Positions 8,784 to 18,197 of a DNA stretch of 64,000 nt are shown one piece after another. Position numbers and translations under genes: made by a program. The DNA comes from Rhodospirillaceae bacterium (GTDB taxonomy: Bacteria; Pseudomonadota; Alphaproteobacteria; UBA828): positions 76,563-140,562 of the forward strand of contig PBDG01000009.1 in the NCBI GenBank assembly GCA_002717225.1. The letters are read 5' to 3'. The notes under the pieces are model-generated. The model saw nothing but the letters and a program-made list of their open reading frames with translations, ran no database searches and was not told where the DNA came from. The stretch's first letter is position 1. Every line of letters begins with the position of its first letter.

Positions 8784-11116
8784 TGGCAATTAATAAGGTC
8801 GCCGTTATCGGCGCTGGGTTGATGGGCGGCGGCATTGCTGCCCATGTCGCCAATGCAGGCACCGACGTGATCCTATTGGACATCGTGCCCGAGGGCGCAA
8901 AAAAGCGGAGCCAACTAGCGCTCGATTCAGTTGAGAGACTGCTGAAGACTGAGCCCGCCCCTTTTATGGACAAAAAAAACGCCAAACGCATTGCCTGCGG
9001 TAATATCGAGGACGATCTCAAGCTACTTGCTGACGCCGACTGGATCATTGAGGCGGTGATCGAAAAACTCGAGATCAAGCACGAAATCTATCGCTTGATC
9101 AACAAGGTGCGGAAACCTGGCAGCATCGTGTCCTCCAATACCTCGACGATCCCCTGCAGCGACTTAATGCGAGGCATGGACGAAAGCTTTCAACGCGATT
9201 TTCTCATCACCCATTTCTTCAATCCGCCACGCTATATGCGTTTGCTTGAAATTGTCAAAGGCGAGAAGACAAGCGATGATGCTGTCTACACGGTCAGCGA
9301 ATTCTCAGACATGAATCTGGGCAAAGGCGTAGTCGCCTGCAAGGACACACCAGGCTTTATAGCCAACCGTATTGGCACCTTTTGGATTCAAGCAGCCGTA
9401 GTGGAAGCATTTAAAGGGACGGTGACTATAGAAGAGGCAGATGCCGCCATCGGCCGCGCTCTTGGCATCCCAAAGACGGGAATTTTTGGCTTGATGGATT
9501 TGGTCGGCATCGACCTTATGCCTCTTGTTGGCAAGAGCCTCTATGACGCAGTACCCATGGACGACGCCTACCGGGCGATATATAGCGAGCCCGAGCAGAT
9601 TAAGAGCATGATTGCCGAGGGCTTGATCGGGCGCAAAGGTAAAGGCGGCTTCTATCGCCTCAACAACGAGGATGGCAAAAAGACCAAGCAAGTTATCGAC
9701 CTGGCAACGGGCGCGTATTCGACGGCTCAGCGCCCGACACCGGCAAGTGTCCGTGCCGCCGGCAAATCGCCACGCGCACTTTTCGAACATGGAGACGCGG
9801 TGAGCGATTTTGCCTGGCAGGTGATGTCTCAGACCCTCGTCTACGCGACCGAACTGATTCCCGAAATCGCTCAAGACGTTGTCGCCGTCGACAAAGCCAT
9901 GACCCTTGGCTATGCCTGGAAGCATGGTCCTTTCGAATTAATTGATCGGATCGGCGCGAGCTGGTTTACCGAACGCTTAAAAACTGAAGGTCGCAATATA
10001 CCTGCACTCCTTGCCAGTGCCGCCGAGAAAGGTGGGTTCTATCGGGTAGAAGGAGGGCGGCTTCAATATCTTTCGACCGACGACGAATACGTCACCGTCA
10101 AACGTGCTCCCGGCATCTTACTACTTTCCGACATCAAGCGCGCCGGTGAGCCAATTACACGCAACGGCTCAGCTTCTCTTTGGGATATAGGCAGTGGCGT
10201 CGCTTGCCTCGAATTTCACACTAAGATGAACGCAATCGACCCCGACGTACTCAACATGCTCAGCAAGTCGGTCGAGATCGTCAGCAGGGATTACAAGGCC
10301 TTAGTGCTACACAATGAGGGCACTAACTATTCGGTCGGCGTCAATCTCGGCCTAGCGCTGTTCGCTGCCAATGTAGCCGCTTGGCAGGTGATGGAAGATA
10401 TGATCAAAAGAGGACAGGACGTATTCAAGGAGCTAAAGTTTGCGCCCTTTCCGGTGGTTGGCGCACCCTCCGGTATGGCCTTGGGCGGTGGCTGCGAATC
10501 CCTTCTTCATTGCGACGCGGTGCAAGCCCATGCCGAAAGTTATATCGGCTTGGTAGAGGTCGGCGTCGGCCTCATTCCTGGTTGGGGCGGTTGCAAGGAA
10601 TTGCTGGTGCGCGGACTCACTGGCAAACGCGGTGGAATATTTGGGGGCGGTGCCATGCCGGTGATCTCCAAACTCTTTCAAACTATCGGCTTGGCGAAAG
10701 TGTCGCGTTCTGCGGCCCAGGCCTTTGGTTATGGCTATTTACGCGAAGGAGATCGCATCACTTTCAATCGGGATCGGCTTTTGGCCGATGCCAGGGACTA
10801 TGCACTGGAGCTCGCGGAAAACTATCAGACCCCCGAGCCGCAAGAGATCAAACTGCCTGGAAATTCGGCCCGCGTCGCGCTGATGATGGCGGTGCGGGGC
10901 CTTGCCAAGACGCGCAAGGCGACACCACACGATCTCACTGTGGTCGAACAACTTGGTATCGTGCTTACAGGTGGCAAAACCGATACCACAGAAGCGTTGT
11001 GCGAGGACGATATCTCCGCTCTCGAACGAAAAGCGCTAGCGACGCTGGCGAAGAATCCACTCACCCTAGCGCGCATGGAACATATGCTGGAAACCGGAAA
11101 GCCGCTCCGGAACTAG
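8783..11116 (+). CDS. Bifunctional 3-hydroxyacyl-CoA dehydrogenase (N-terminal) / enoyl-CoA hydratase-like (C-terminal) protein
   Basis: N-terminal Rossmann fold VAVIGAGLMGGGIA (3-HAD NAD-binding). The C-terminal half has crotonase-like blocks. Start assigned to the ATG at 8783, which overlaps the thiolase TGA as ATGA (MAINKVAV...). Confidence 0.8.
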   Translation: MAINKVAVIGAGLMGGGIAAHVANAGTDVILLDIVPEGAKKRSQLALDSVERLLKTEPAPFMDKKNAKRIACGNIEDDLKLLADADWIIEAVIEKLEIKHEIYRLINKVRKPGSIVSSNTSTIPCSDLMRGMDESFQRDFLITHFFNPPRYMRLLEIVKGEKTSDDAVYTVSEFSDMNLGKGVVACKDTPGFIANRIGTFWIQAAVVEAFKGTVTIEEADAAIGRALGIPKTGIFGLMDLVGIDLMPLVGKSLYDAVPMDDAYRAIYSEPEQIKSMIAEGLIGRKGKGGFYRLNNEDGKKTKQVIDLATGAYSTAQRPTPASVRAAGKSPRALFEHGDAVSDFAWQVMSQTLVYATELIPEIAQDVVAVDKAMTLGYAWKHGPFELIDRIGASWFTERLKTEGRNIPALLASAAEKGGFYRVEGGRLQYLSTDDEYVTVKRAPGILLLSDIKRAGEPITRNGSASLWDIGSGVACLEFHTKMNAIDPDVLNMLSKSVEIVSRDYKALVLHNEGTNYSVGVNLGLALFAANVAAWQVMEDMIKRGQDVFKELKFAPFPVVGAPSGMALGGGCESLLHCDAVQAHAESYIGLVEVGVGLIPGWGGCKELLVRGLTGKRGGIFGGGAMPVISKLFQTIGLAKVSRSAAQAFGYGYLREGDRITFNRDRLLADARDYALELAENYQTPEPQEIKLPGNSARVALMMAVRGLAKTRKATPHDLTVVEQLGIVLTGGKTDTTEALCEDDISALERKALATLAKNPLTLARMEHMLETGKPLRN

Positions 11117-11134
11117 ACAGTAGGAGAAAGAGAT

Positions 11135-12934
11135 ATGCAAATTTACAAAGCTCCCCTACGTGACATGCGCTTCGTCCTCCACGAATTACTGGACGCGAAA
11201 CAATTGAGCAAACTACCCGGCTACGAGGAAGCTACTGCTGATACCATCGATACCATCATCGAAGAGGGAGCAAAGTTCTGCCAGGACAAGCTTCTCCCGC
11301 TGAACCGCGTTGGCGATGAGGAAGGCTGTACCTATGAAAATGGCGTGGTACGTACGCCACCGGGTTTCAAACAGGCTTATAACGATTTTGTCGGTGCCGG
11401 TTGGCAGTCGATTTCTTCCGATCCGAACTATGGTGGTCAGGGCCTACCCGCACTGATGAATTTTGTGATCGAAGAGATGGTGTGTTCGACCAATATTGCC
11501 TTTGGGGTCTATCCGCTGTTGTCGCGCGGCGCTGCGTCCTTGATTGAGCGCCATGGCAGCGATGACATCAAGGAAACCTATCTGCCTCACCTTGCCGACG
11601 GCTCGTGGAGCGGCACCATGTGCCTAACGGAGAGCCAGTGCGGCACCGATCTCGGTCTCATCCGCACCAAGGCGGTGCCGGCTGGCAACGGAAAATATTC
11701 CATCAGTGGCAGCAAAATCTTTATTTCTGCCGGCGAACACGATTTGTCGGAGAATATTATCCATCTGGTGCTTGCCAAACTACCCGATGCGCCGGAAGGC
11801 GTGCGCGGAATTTCGCTTTTCCTAGTGCCTAAATTGAGCGTCAACGGCCGAGGCACGGCAGCTGAGGTCGGCTCACGGAACGGCGTGGCCTGTGGGTCGA
11901 TAGAGAAGAAGATGGGCATACACGGCTCAGCGACCTGCGTGATCAATTTCGACGAGGCCGAGGGTTATCTCATTGGCGATCCTCACAAAGGTCTGCGCTG
12001 CATGTTCACCATGATGAACGGCGCACGCCTCGGTGTCGGCATGCAGGGCCTGGCGCTCGGTGAGACGGCCTATCAGTCCGCCACCGCTTATGCCAAGGAA
12101 CGTCGCTCGGGCAAGAGCCTAACTAAGGGCACCAAGAGCGCCGATGTCGCGGATCCAATTATTGTCCACCCCGACGTGCGCAATATGTTGCTGACCGCGC
12201 GCGCCTATAACGAAGGCGCACGCGCGCTAGCCTATTGGACGGCGCTGCAGCTCGACCTCTCGACACACCACCCGGACGCCGAAACACGGCGCGATGCTGA
12301 CGAAATCGTGCAGCTAATGACGCCAGTCATCAAGGCGTTCCTCACCGACCGAGGTTTCGAGGCAGCCAATCTAGCCGTTCAGGTACATGGCGGACACGGC
12401 TATATCTCAGAGCACGGGATAGAGCAGCTCGTGCGCGATGCACGCATCGCCCAGCTCTATGAAGGCACCAACGGCATCCAAGCACTCGACTTGGTAGGTC
12501 GCAAACTCAGCCTCCATACAGGGCGACTCTTGCGCCATTTTTTTCATCCGGCGACGGAATTTGTCGAAACAAATCAAGAAACCGAAGAGCTCAAGGATTT
12601 AGTCCTGCCACTTGCCAAGGCTCTTGAAAAACTGCAGCAGGCGACTCTCGTGATTGCACAGAAGGGCCTCGGTGATCCGGAGGAAGCGGCCGCGGTGGCA
12701 ACAGATTATCTCAAAATGTTTGGTCTTGTTGCGGTTGGCTACATGTGGCTGCTAATGGCAGAAAAAGCCGTTGCCAAGGCTGCAGACGCTAATGGTGATG
12801 CCCGCTTCTACGCCAACAAGCTGAAAACCGCGCAGTTCTATATGCATAAGCTGCTACCGGATGCGTCAGCAGCTTTTCTCAGAATAATGACCGGCAAATA
12901 CGCGGCCGCTCAATTTAACGAGGAAGACTTCTAG
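11135..12934 (+). CDS. Large (about 600 aa) acyl-CoA dehydrogenase with C-terminal extension domain
   Basis: ACAD N-terminal, middle and C-terminal blocks (GGQGLP..., CLTESQCGTD, YEGTNGIQALDLVGRK) plus a long C-terminal tail typical of the FadE-like 600-aa class. Confidence 0.85.
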   Translation: MQIYKAPLRDMRFVLHELLDAKQLSKLPGYEEATADTIDTIIEEGAKFCQDKLLPLNRVGDEEGCTYENGVVRTPPGFKQAYNDFVGAGWQSISSDPNYGGQGLPALMNFVIEEMVCSTNIAFGVYPLLSRGAASLIERHGSDDIKETYLPHLADGSWSGTMCLTESQCGTDLGLIRTKAVPAGNGKYSISGSKIFISAGEHDLSENIIHLVLAKLPDAPEGVRGISLFLVPKLSVNGRGTAAEVGSRNGVACGSIEKKMGIHGSATCVINFDEAEGYLIGDPHKGLRCMFTMMNGARLGVGMQGLALGETAYQSATAYAKERRSGKSLTKGTKSADVADPIIVHPDVRNMLLTARAYNEGARALAYWTALQLDLSTHHPDAETRRDADEIVQLMTPVIKAFLTDRGFEAANLAVQVHGGHGYISEHGIEQLVRDARIAQLYEGTNGIQALDLVGRKLSLHTGRLLRHFFHPATEFVETNQETEELKDLVLPLAKALEKLQQATLVIAQKGLGDPEEAAAVATDYLKMFGLVAVGYMWLLMAEKAVAKAADANGDARFYANKLKTAQFYMHKLLPDASAAFLRIMTGKYAAAQFNEEDF

Positions 12935-12953
12935 AGAGCCGAAAGTACAGGCG

Positions 12954-13766
12954 ATGGCCTTCGGCAAGACCCCGGTTGAGAGCATTGATGCGCTGGCAGC
13001 GAGAGTCCATGACGGCGCAATGATCGCTGTCCCACCCGATTATTCCTTCGTCGCCATGGCGGCGACACGCGCCCTCATCCGCCGCGGCGCCCGCGATCTT
13101 CATATTCTCGCCGTACCACAAAGTGGCATCCAAGCAGATCTGCTGATCGGTGCCGGCTGCGTCACCATTATGGAGACAGCGGCAGTCAGCCTCGGTGAGC
13201 TCGGCGCGGCACCGCAATTCACTGCCGCCGTCAAGTCCAGCAGGATCGAAATCCGTGATTCAACCTGCCCGGCGATTCATGCCGGCCTTCAGGCAAGTGA
13301 AAAGGGCTTGCCCTTCATGCCACTGCGCGGCCTTATTGGGAGTGATTTGATGCGCATACGCGGTGATTGGAAGGAGAGCGAGAACCCCTTTGAGGAGGGT
13401 GACCGCATTGTCGTGCTGCCCGCCCTCAAACCAGATTTTGCACTCTTTCATTCACCTTTTGCTGATCGCAACGGCAATATCTGGCTCGGACGGCGGCGCG
13501 AGCTCGTCACCATGGCCCATGCCGCGAAAGGCGCTCTAGTGACGGTCGAGGAAATTCGCGATATCGACATCATGGAAGATGAAGCCTTGGCCGGGGGCTC
13601 CTTGCCGGCGCTTTACGTTACCGCCATCGCTGAAGCACCGAAAGGCGCCTGGCCGCTTGGCGTAGCTGGTCAATATGAACCGGACCGGGAACATCTTGCC
13701 AATTATGCTAAGAAGGCCACAGACGCCGATGGTTTTCAGGATTATCTCGCTGAGCACGGCGCATGA
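12954..13766 (+). CDS. CoA-transferase family I, subunit A-like
   Basis: 270 aa with glutaconate/3-oxoacid CoA-transferase alpha-like blocks. Its end overlaps the start of the B-subunit gene (ATGA). Confidence 0.6.
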   Translation: MAFGKTPVESIDALAARVHDGAMIAVPPDYSFVAMAATRALIRRGARDLHILAVPQSGIQADLLIGAGCVTIMETAAVSLGELGAAPQFTAAVKSSRIEIRDSTCPAIHAGLQASEKGLPFMPLRGLIGSDLMRIRGDWKESENPFEEGDRIVVLPALKPDFALFHSPFADRNGNIWLGRRRELVTMAHAAKGALVTVEEIRDIDIMEDEALAGGSLPALYVTAIAEAPKGAWPLGVAGQYEPDREHLANYAKKATDADGFQDYLAEHGA

Positions 13767-14500
13767 ACGCGCCGAAATACACAAAGACCGAGCTCCTTAT
13801 TGAAGTGATCGCCCGCATGTTGGACGGACTCAACCATGTCGCAGTCGGGGCATCTTCGCCAATCCCAGGTGCTGCGGCACTACTTGCCCGGGCGCGCTCG
13901 GGCGGCACACCCCGTGTTAGCGTGCTTTCCAGCCTACGCCATAATGATTTTACCGACGGCGCGCGCGAACTGTTCGATTGCGCAGCCCAGGGGAGAATCG
14001 ACGCCTTCTTTCTCGGTGGCGGTCAGATTGACGGCGAGGCCAATGTCAATCTAGTCGGTCTCGGCGATTACCCAAAACTTAATGTGCGCTTCGCAGGCTC
14101 ATATGGTTCGGCCTATCTATATTTCCTCGTGCCACGGGTAATTCTATTTCGCCCAGAGCATAGCCGCCGGGTAATGGTCTCAAAGGTCGATTTCATTTCC
14201 GCACCGGGCACCAGCCCGCCGGGCCTTTACCGGCCCGGCGGGCCATATGCCCTGGTGACCGAACGCTGCATCTTCTCCTTCAACAAAGAAGCGTGCCGTT
14301 TCTGCTTACAATCCATCCATGAAGGCGAAACGGTGGAAAGCATCCGTAAAAACACTGGCTTCGATTTTGACTGCCCACCGCAAACACTGCAAACACCACC
14401 ACCTTCGGCTACGGCCCTCGAGTTGATCCGCGGTGATGTAGGTATCAACATCGCTGAGGTCTATCCCAAATTCGCCCGCGAGTTTTTATCTCTCAGTTGA
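13763..14500 (+). CDS. CoA-transferase family I, subunit B-like
   Basis: 245 aa, translationally coupled to the preceding gene, with the usual beta-subunit size and Gly-rich blocks. Confidence 0.6.
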   Translation: MNAPKYTKTELLIEVIARMLDGLNHVAVGASSPIPGAAALLARARSGGTPRVSVLSSLRHNDFTDGARELFDCAAQGRIDAFFLGGGQIDGEANVNLVGLGDYPKLNVRFAGSYGSAYLYFLVPRVILFRPEHSRRVMVSKVDFISAPGTSPPGLYRPGGPYALVTERCIFSFNKEACRFCLQSIHEGETVESIRKNTGFDFDCPPQTLQTPPPSATALELIRGDVGINIAEVYPKFAREFLSLS

Positions 14501-16381
14501 AGGCTCTGCTACCGTAAATGCCTCCAGCGCTTCCTCAGCCTTGAGCCAATCCGCCTCGGCCTGGGAGATCGCCTGTTGCGCTGCATTCAGCTTGCGACCC
14601 AACTCGGCGAGGCGTTCGGGCGCGCATCCGTAAAGACTGCTGTCCACCATCTTGACCTCGATCTTGGCTTTCTCACGTTCGGCTTCAAGGAGGCGGTGCT
14701 CGGCACTCTCAGCGGCGCGCTTGAGCGGCGCGCGCTTGGCCCGCGCGGCGGCAGCATCGCGGCGCTGGGACTTGCCCTTCGCAAGTTTTTCTTGCGCTGG
14801 CTTCTTCTCAATGCTGGCTCCATTGCCGAGCACGAGGCGGCGATAATCGTCGAGATCTCCGTCATAAGAGCGTACGGTGCCATCGGCCACCAACCACAGC
14901 TGCTCTGCCGTCAACTCCAGAAAGTTCCAATCATGGCTAATAACCACCACCGCACCGGAGAACCCGTTTAGCACCTCAACCAACATGTCTCGGGTCTCCA
15001 TATCGAGATGATTGGTCGGTTCATCGAGCACAAGAATTTGTGGTGCGCCATGACTGATCATCGCAAGATTCAGTCGTGCCTTCTCACCGCCCGACAAGTT
15101 TTTCGCCACGATGTCCGCCTTTTCTCCACTAAACCCAAAGGCTCCGAGACGTGTCCGCACTTTGTTTGGGTCAGCCTTAACCATCAGGCGGGAAAGCTGC
15201 TGAAAGGCGCTTTCGCCAGCATCCAGCGTGTCGATCTGATGCTGGGCGAAATAGCCAACAGAAAGCTTGGGTGCACAGTGCATCTCGCCCGCCAACGGTA
15301 TAAGCTTGCCGGCAAGTAGCTTGGCAAAGGTTGTCTTGCCATTGCCGTTGGCACCCAAAAGGGCGATGCGATCGTCCGGGTCGAGGCGGATATCAAGCCC
15401 CTTCAAGACAGGTTTGCCAACAGCATATCCGGCCTGAACGCCCGAGAGGGTGATGAGCGGCGGGGCGAGCATTTCCGGTCTGGGAAAATCAATCTCAATA
15501 CCGGCGGATTCAATCGCGGGCGGTGTATCGTTCAAGCGAGCTAATGCTTTGAGGCGACTCTGCGCCTGGCGCGCCTTGCTGGCATTATAGCGAAAACGCG
15601 CGACAAAGCCTTGGAGCTTACGACGCTTGACCTCCGCACGAGCAAGGGCAGCAACTTCAGCCGACCGACGCTCGGCATATACCCTGGCAAAATTATCATA
15701 ACCGCCGGGATAGAGTGTCAATGAGCGGTTTGATAAATGCAAGATACCATCAGGTACAGAATTGAGAATATGGCGATCATGGCTGATCAATAGCAAGGTG
15801 TGAGGATAGTGACGTAGATGATTCTCCAACCACATAGTGGCTTCGAGATCGAGATGATTGGTTGGCTCGTCAAGAAGCAGCAAATCCGCTTCGGCAAAAA
15901 GTGCAGCAGCAAGCGAGACGCGCATCCGCCAACCACCGGAGAAATTGGACATTGGTTGGTGTTGCTCGGCTTCTACAAAGCCGAGTCCGGCAAGAATCGC
16001 AGCCGCACGTGCAGGAGCCGCATGGGCGCCAATCTCGTGCAGCCGGTTCTCGATTTCGGCTATGCGGTGGGCACTCTTAGTCTCCCCGATCTCGGTTATA
16101 AGAGCATGGCGCTCTGCATGAGCGATCAGTACTGTCTCAATCGGGGTCAAGGAGCCTCCTGAGACCTCCTGGGCAACGCTTGCCACCGTCACGCTCTTGG
16201 CCAACGCTAGAGTGCCAGCATCGGGCTCGATCAATCCGGAGATCAGTCGCAACAGAGTTGTTTTGCCGCTACCATTGCGCCCGACCAGGCCAATGCGCCG
16301 GCCACGCGCGATGCTTGCTGAAGCGTTTTCTAACAACGCCTTCCCACCGATTCGGTATGTGAGTGAGGAAATTGTCAACAT
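14486..16381 (-). CDS. ABC-F family ATPase (tandem ABC domains, no TMD; Uup/YheS-like) with C-terminal coiled-coil
   Basis: Two Walker A motifs (GRNGSGKTT, GANGNGKTT) and two signatures (FSGGWRMRV, LSGGEKARL). The C-terminal 100 aa is coiled-coil and charged. There is no membrane domain. Confidence 0.85.
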   Translation of the reverse strand: MLTISSLTYRIGGKALLENASASIARGRRIGLVGRNGSGKTTLLRLISGLIEPDAGTLALAKSVTVASVAQEVSGGSLTPIETVLIAHAERHALITEIGETKSAHRIAEIENRLHEIGAHAAPARAAAILAGLGFVEAEQHQPMSNFSGGWRMRVSLAAALFAEADLLLLDEPTNHLDLEATMWLENHLRHYPHTLLLISHDRHILNSVPDGILHLSNRSLTLYPGGYDNFARVYAERRSAEVAALARAEVKRRKLQGFVARFRYNASKARQAQSRLKALARLNDTPPAIESAGIEIDFPRPEMLAPPLITLSGVQAGYAVGKPVLKGLDIRLDPDDRIALLGANGNGKTTFAKLLAGKLIPLAGEMHCAPKLSVGYFAQHQIDTLDAGESAFQQLSRLMVKADPNKVRTRLGAFGFSGEKADIVAKNLSGGEKARLNLAMISHGAPQILVLDEPTNHLDMETRDMLVEVLNGFSGAVVVISHDWNFLELTAEQLWLVADGTVRSYDGDLDDYRRLVLGNGASIEKKPAQEKLAKGKSQRRDAAAARAKRAPLKRAAESAEHRLLEAEREKAKIEVKMVDSSLYGCAPERLAELGRKLNAAQQAISQAEADWLKAEEALEAFTVAEPSTER

Positions 16382-16562
16382 AGCTTGCCAGTCAAGCTCA
16401 TAACATGCGGAGGGTAGGCAAGGATATATCGGATCATGATGTCCTTTACATCAGGTGCGTAGAGAAGATTTACGCGGCCTCGTGGATAGCTGAGGCGATT
16501 CCGACAGTCCGTGATTTACTCTATGGCCATGGCAGTACAAATCACGCACACTTCCCACATTC

Positions 16563-17321
16563 ATGCCAGTTCTCCAACCAGCCAAATCTACCCACATTCT
16601 TGACCTGCCAGGTGGCAGAGAGGTCTTGCTCAACCTTCGGCGGAGCGCGAAGGCCCGGCATATATTGATCAAGATTAATGACGCAAATGGCAAGGTAGAG
16701 TTGGTCTTGCCAAGGCGTGCGGCGATCCGTGACGGCCTCACTTTCGCCAATGAGCGGGCGGGCTGGATAGAGAAACAGCTCAGTGCTCTGCCGGCGCCTG
16801 TTCCGTTCCAAGCCGGCACAGTGCTGCAGCTGATGGGCGAGCCACTTCTGTTGGCACGCCGACAAGGCGGCGCCAAACGCTTGCGGCGGATAGGTGGCCT
16901 GCTTGAGGTGCCGGGCGAAGATGCGCAATTTGCGGGGCACGTCCAATGCTGGCTGGTGGCGGAGGCTCGGCGCGAAATCGGCGAACGTGCAGAATCACTT
17001 GCAGCGAGAATTGGCCGCCCAGTCCACCACGTCGCCATCCGCGACACGGCAACGCGCTGGGGAAGCTGCTCGGCAGCAGGTAATTTGTCTTTTTCCTGGC
17101 GGCTAATTCTTGCGCCGCCCCGCGTACTAAATTATGTCGTGGCACACGAGGTGGCTCATCTCAACGAAATGAACCATAGCGCGAGTTTTTGGCACCTGGT
17201 CACAGAACTAGTGGGTGACCCGAGTTGCGAGCGTCTTTGGCTCCGACGGAACGGCAGTCAGCTTAAACGCTATGGACGGCAAGACCCGAGACTTGTTCCT
17301 CAACCATGCTCAACTCCTTGA
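16563..17321 (+). CDS. YgjP-like metal-dependent hydrolase (DUF45 / M48-family annotation)
   Basis: HEVAHL zinc motif in the context VVAHEVAHLNEMNHSASFW, plus a basic N-terminal region typical of YgjP/SprT-like proteins. Confidence 0.6.
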   Translation: MPVLQPAKSTHILDLPGGREVLLNLRRSAKARHILIKINDANGKVELVLPRRAAIRDGLTFANERAGWIEKQLSALPAPVPFQAGTVLQLMGEPLLLARRQGGAKRLRRIGGLLEVPGEDAQFAGHVQCWLVAEARREIGERAESLAARIGRPVHHVAIRDTATRWGSCSAAGNLSFSWRLILAPPRVLNYVVAHEVAHLNEMNHSASFWHLVTELVGDPSCERLWLRRNGSQLKRYGRQDPRLVPQPCSTP

Positions 17322-17486
17322 AATGGTGACGTTACCCAGCGCCACCCGTCGAAAATTGTCCCCAAATTATAATTCCGTGCACCATTTCATAGTTTTTGGG
17401 GTGCATCGAATTCGTTGCATGAACACATTTGTCGAAAAACGAATGTAGATTTCCCTACCACAGCAATAATTTATCATTGAATAAAT

Positions 17487-17502
17487 TAGTAAATATTTAC
17501 TA
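17487..17502. promoter_or_regulatory. Perfect 16-bp palindrome TAGTAAATATTTACTA, 9 bp upstream of the TetR start; candidate TetR operator overlapping its own promoter
   Basis: Read directly: tagtaaat/atttacta is self-complementary. It sits in an AT-rich 190-bp intergenic region immediately 5' of the TetR gene and the downstream exporter operon. Confidence 0.45.
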
Positions 17503-17510
17503 TACAAATC

Positions 17511-18134
17511 ATGATGGACAAAACACCTAGTGAATTATCGGGCGATACCCAGGCGCAAATTCTGGACGCTGCGACGGAACGCTTCCGCCATTATGGATAT
17601 AGCAAGACCACTATGGCGGAGGTCGCCGGCGATTGCGGAATGTCAGCCGGCAACATCTACCGATATTTCGAAAGTAAATCGGATATCGGCGCAGCCGTGA
17701 GCATTGCTTGGTTCGAGGCACTTCATCATACCGTGCGCTCAGCGATCTCCCAGCCAGGTCTCAATCCCAGGCAAAAACTCGAAGCATATGTCCTTACAAT
17801 CAACCGCTTCACCGTCGAAAGTCTCCAAAACACGCCGCATATCCAGGAGATGGTGGACTTTCTCTGCGAAGAGCGGCGCGATCTTGTCGAAGGCCATCTC
17901 GATTCTTGCCATGAAATCGTCGCTGGCATTCTCTTAGAAGGAGTTAAGTGTGGCACCTTTGAGATCCCGGATACCGCCACTGCCGCCCGCGCCGTTCTCA
18001 ATGCCACTGTTCGTTTCGAATATCCCCCTCTGCTTGCACTGAGTGGGGATACCGACTACGAGGCAGAAGCGCGCGCCCTGATCGCCTTGATCGTCGACGG
18101 CCTGCGTGGCCAACCGGTGGAAACCACAACTTGA
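17511..18134 (+). CDS. TetR/AcrR family transcriptional regulator
   Basis: N-terminal HTH LDAATERFRHYGYSKTTMAEVAGDCGMSAGNIYRYFESK and a length of 207 aa. Confidence 0.85.
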   Translation: MMDKTPSELSGDTQAQILDAATERFRHYGYSKTTMAEVAGDCGMSAGNIYRYFESKSDIGAAVSIAWFEALHHTVRSAISQPGLNPRQKLEAYVLTINRFTVESLQNTPHIQEMVDFLCEERRDLVEGHLDSCHEIVAGILLEGVKCGTFEIPDTATAARAVLNATVRFEYPPLLALSGDTDYEAEARALIALIVDGLRGQPVETTT

Positions 18135-18197
18135 GTTTCACCGGACAGTGCATCAACAAAAAATAATGAATTTCAATAAACAAGTACGCGCTTCCGC

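Noticed and set aside
10381-11163. 260-aa plus-strand ORF in an alternative frame over the end of the HAD/ECH gene
   Set aside because: It is an Arg/Gly-rich out-of-frame translation of a GC-rich coding region. The in-frame gene has clear catalytic motifs.
16405-17145. Several ORFs overlapping the YgjP-like gene (16451..17047 minus, 16542..16946 minus, 16780..17145 minus)
   Set aside because: They are shadow ORFs opposite a gene with a clear HExxH motif, and have no independent support.
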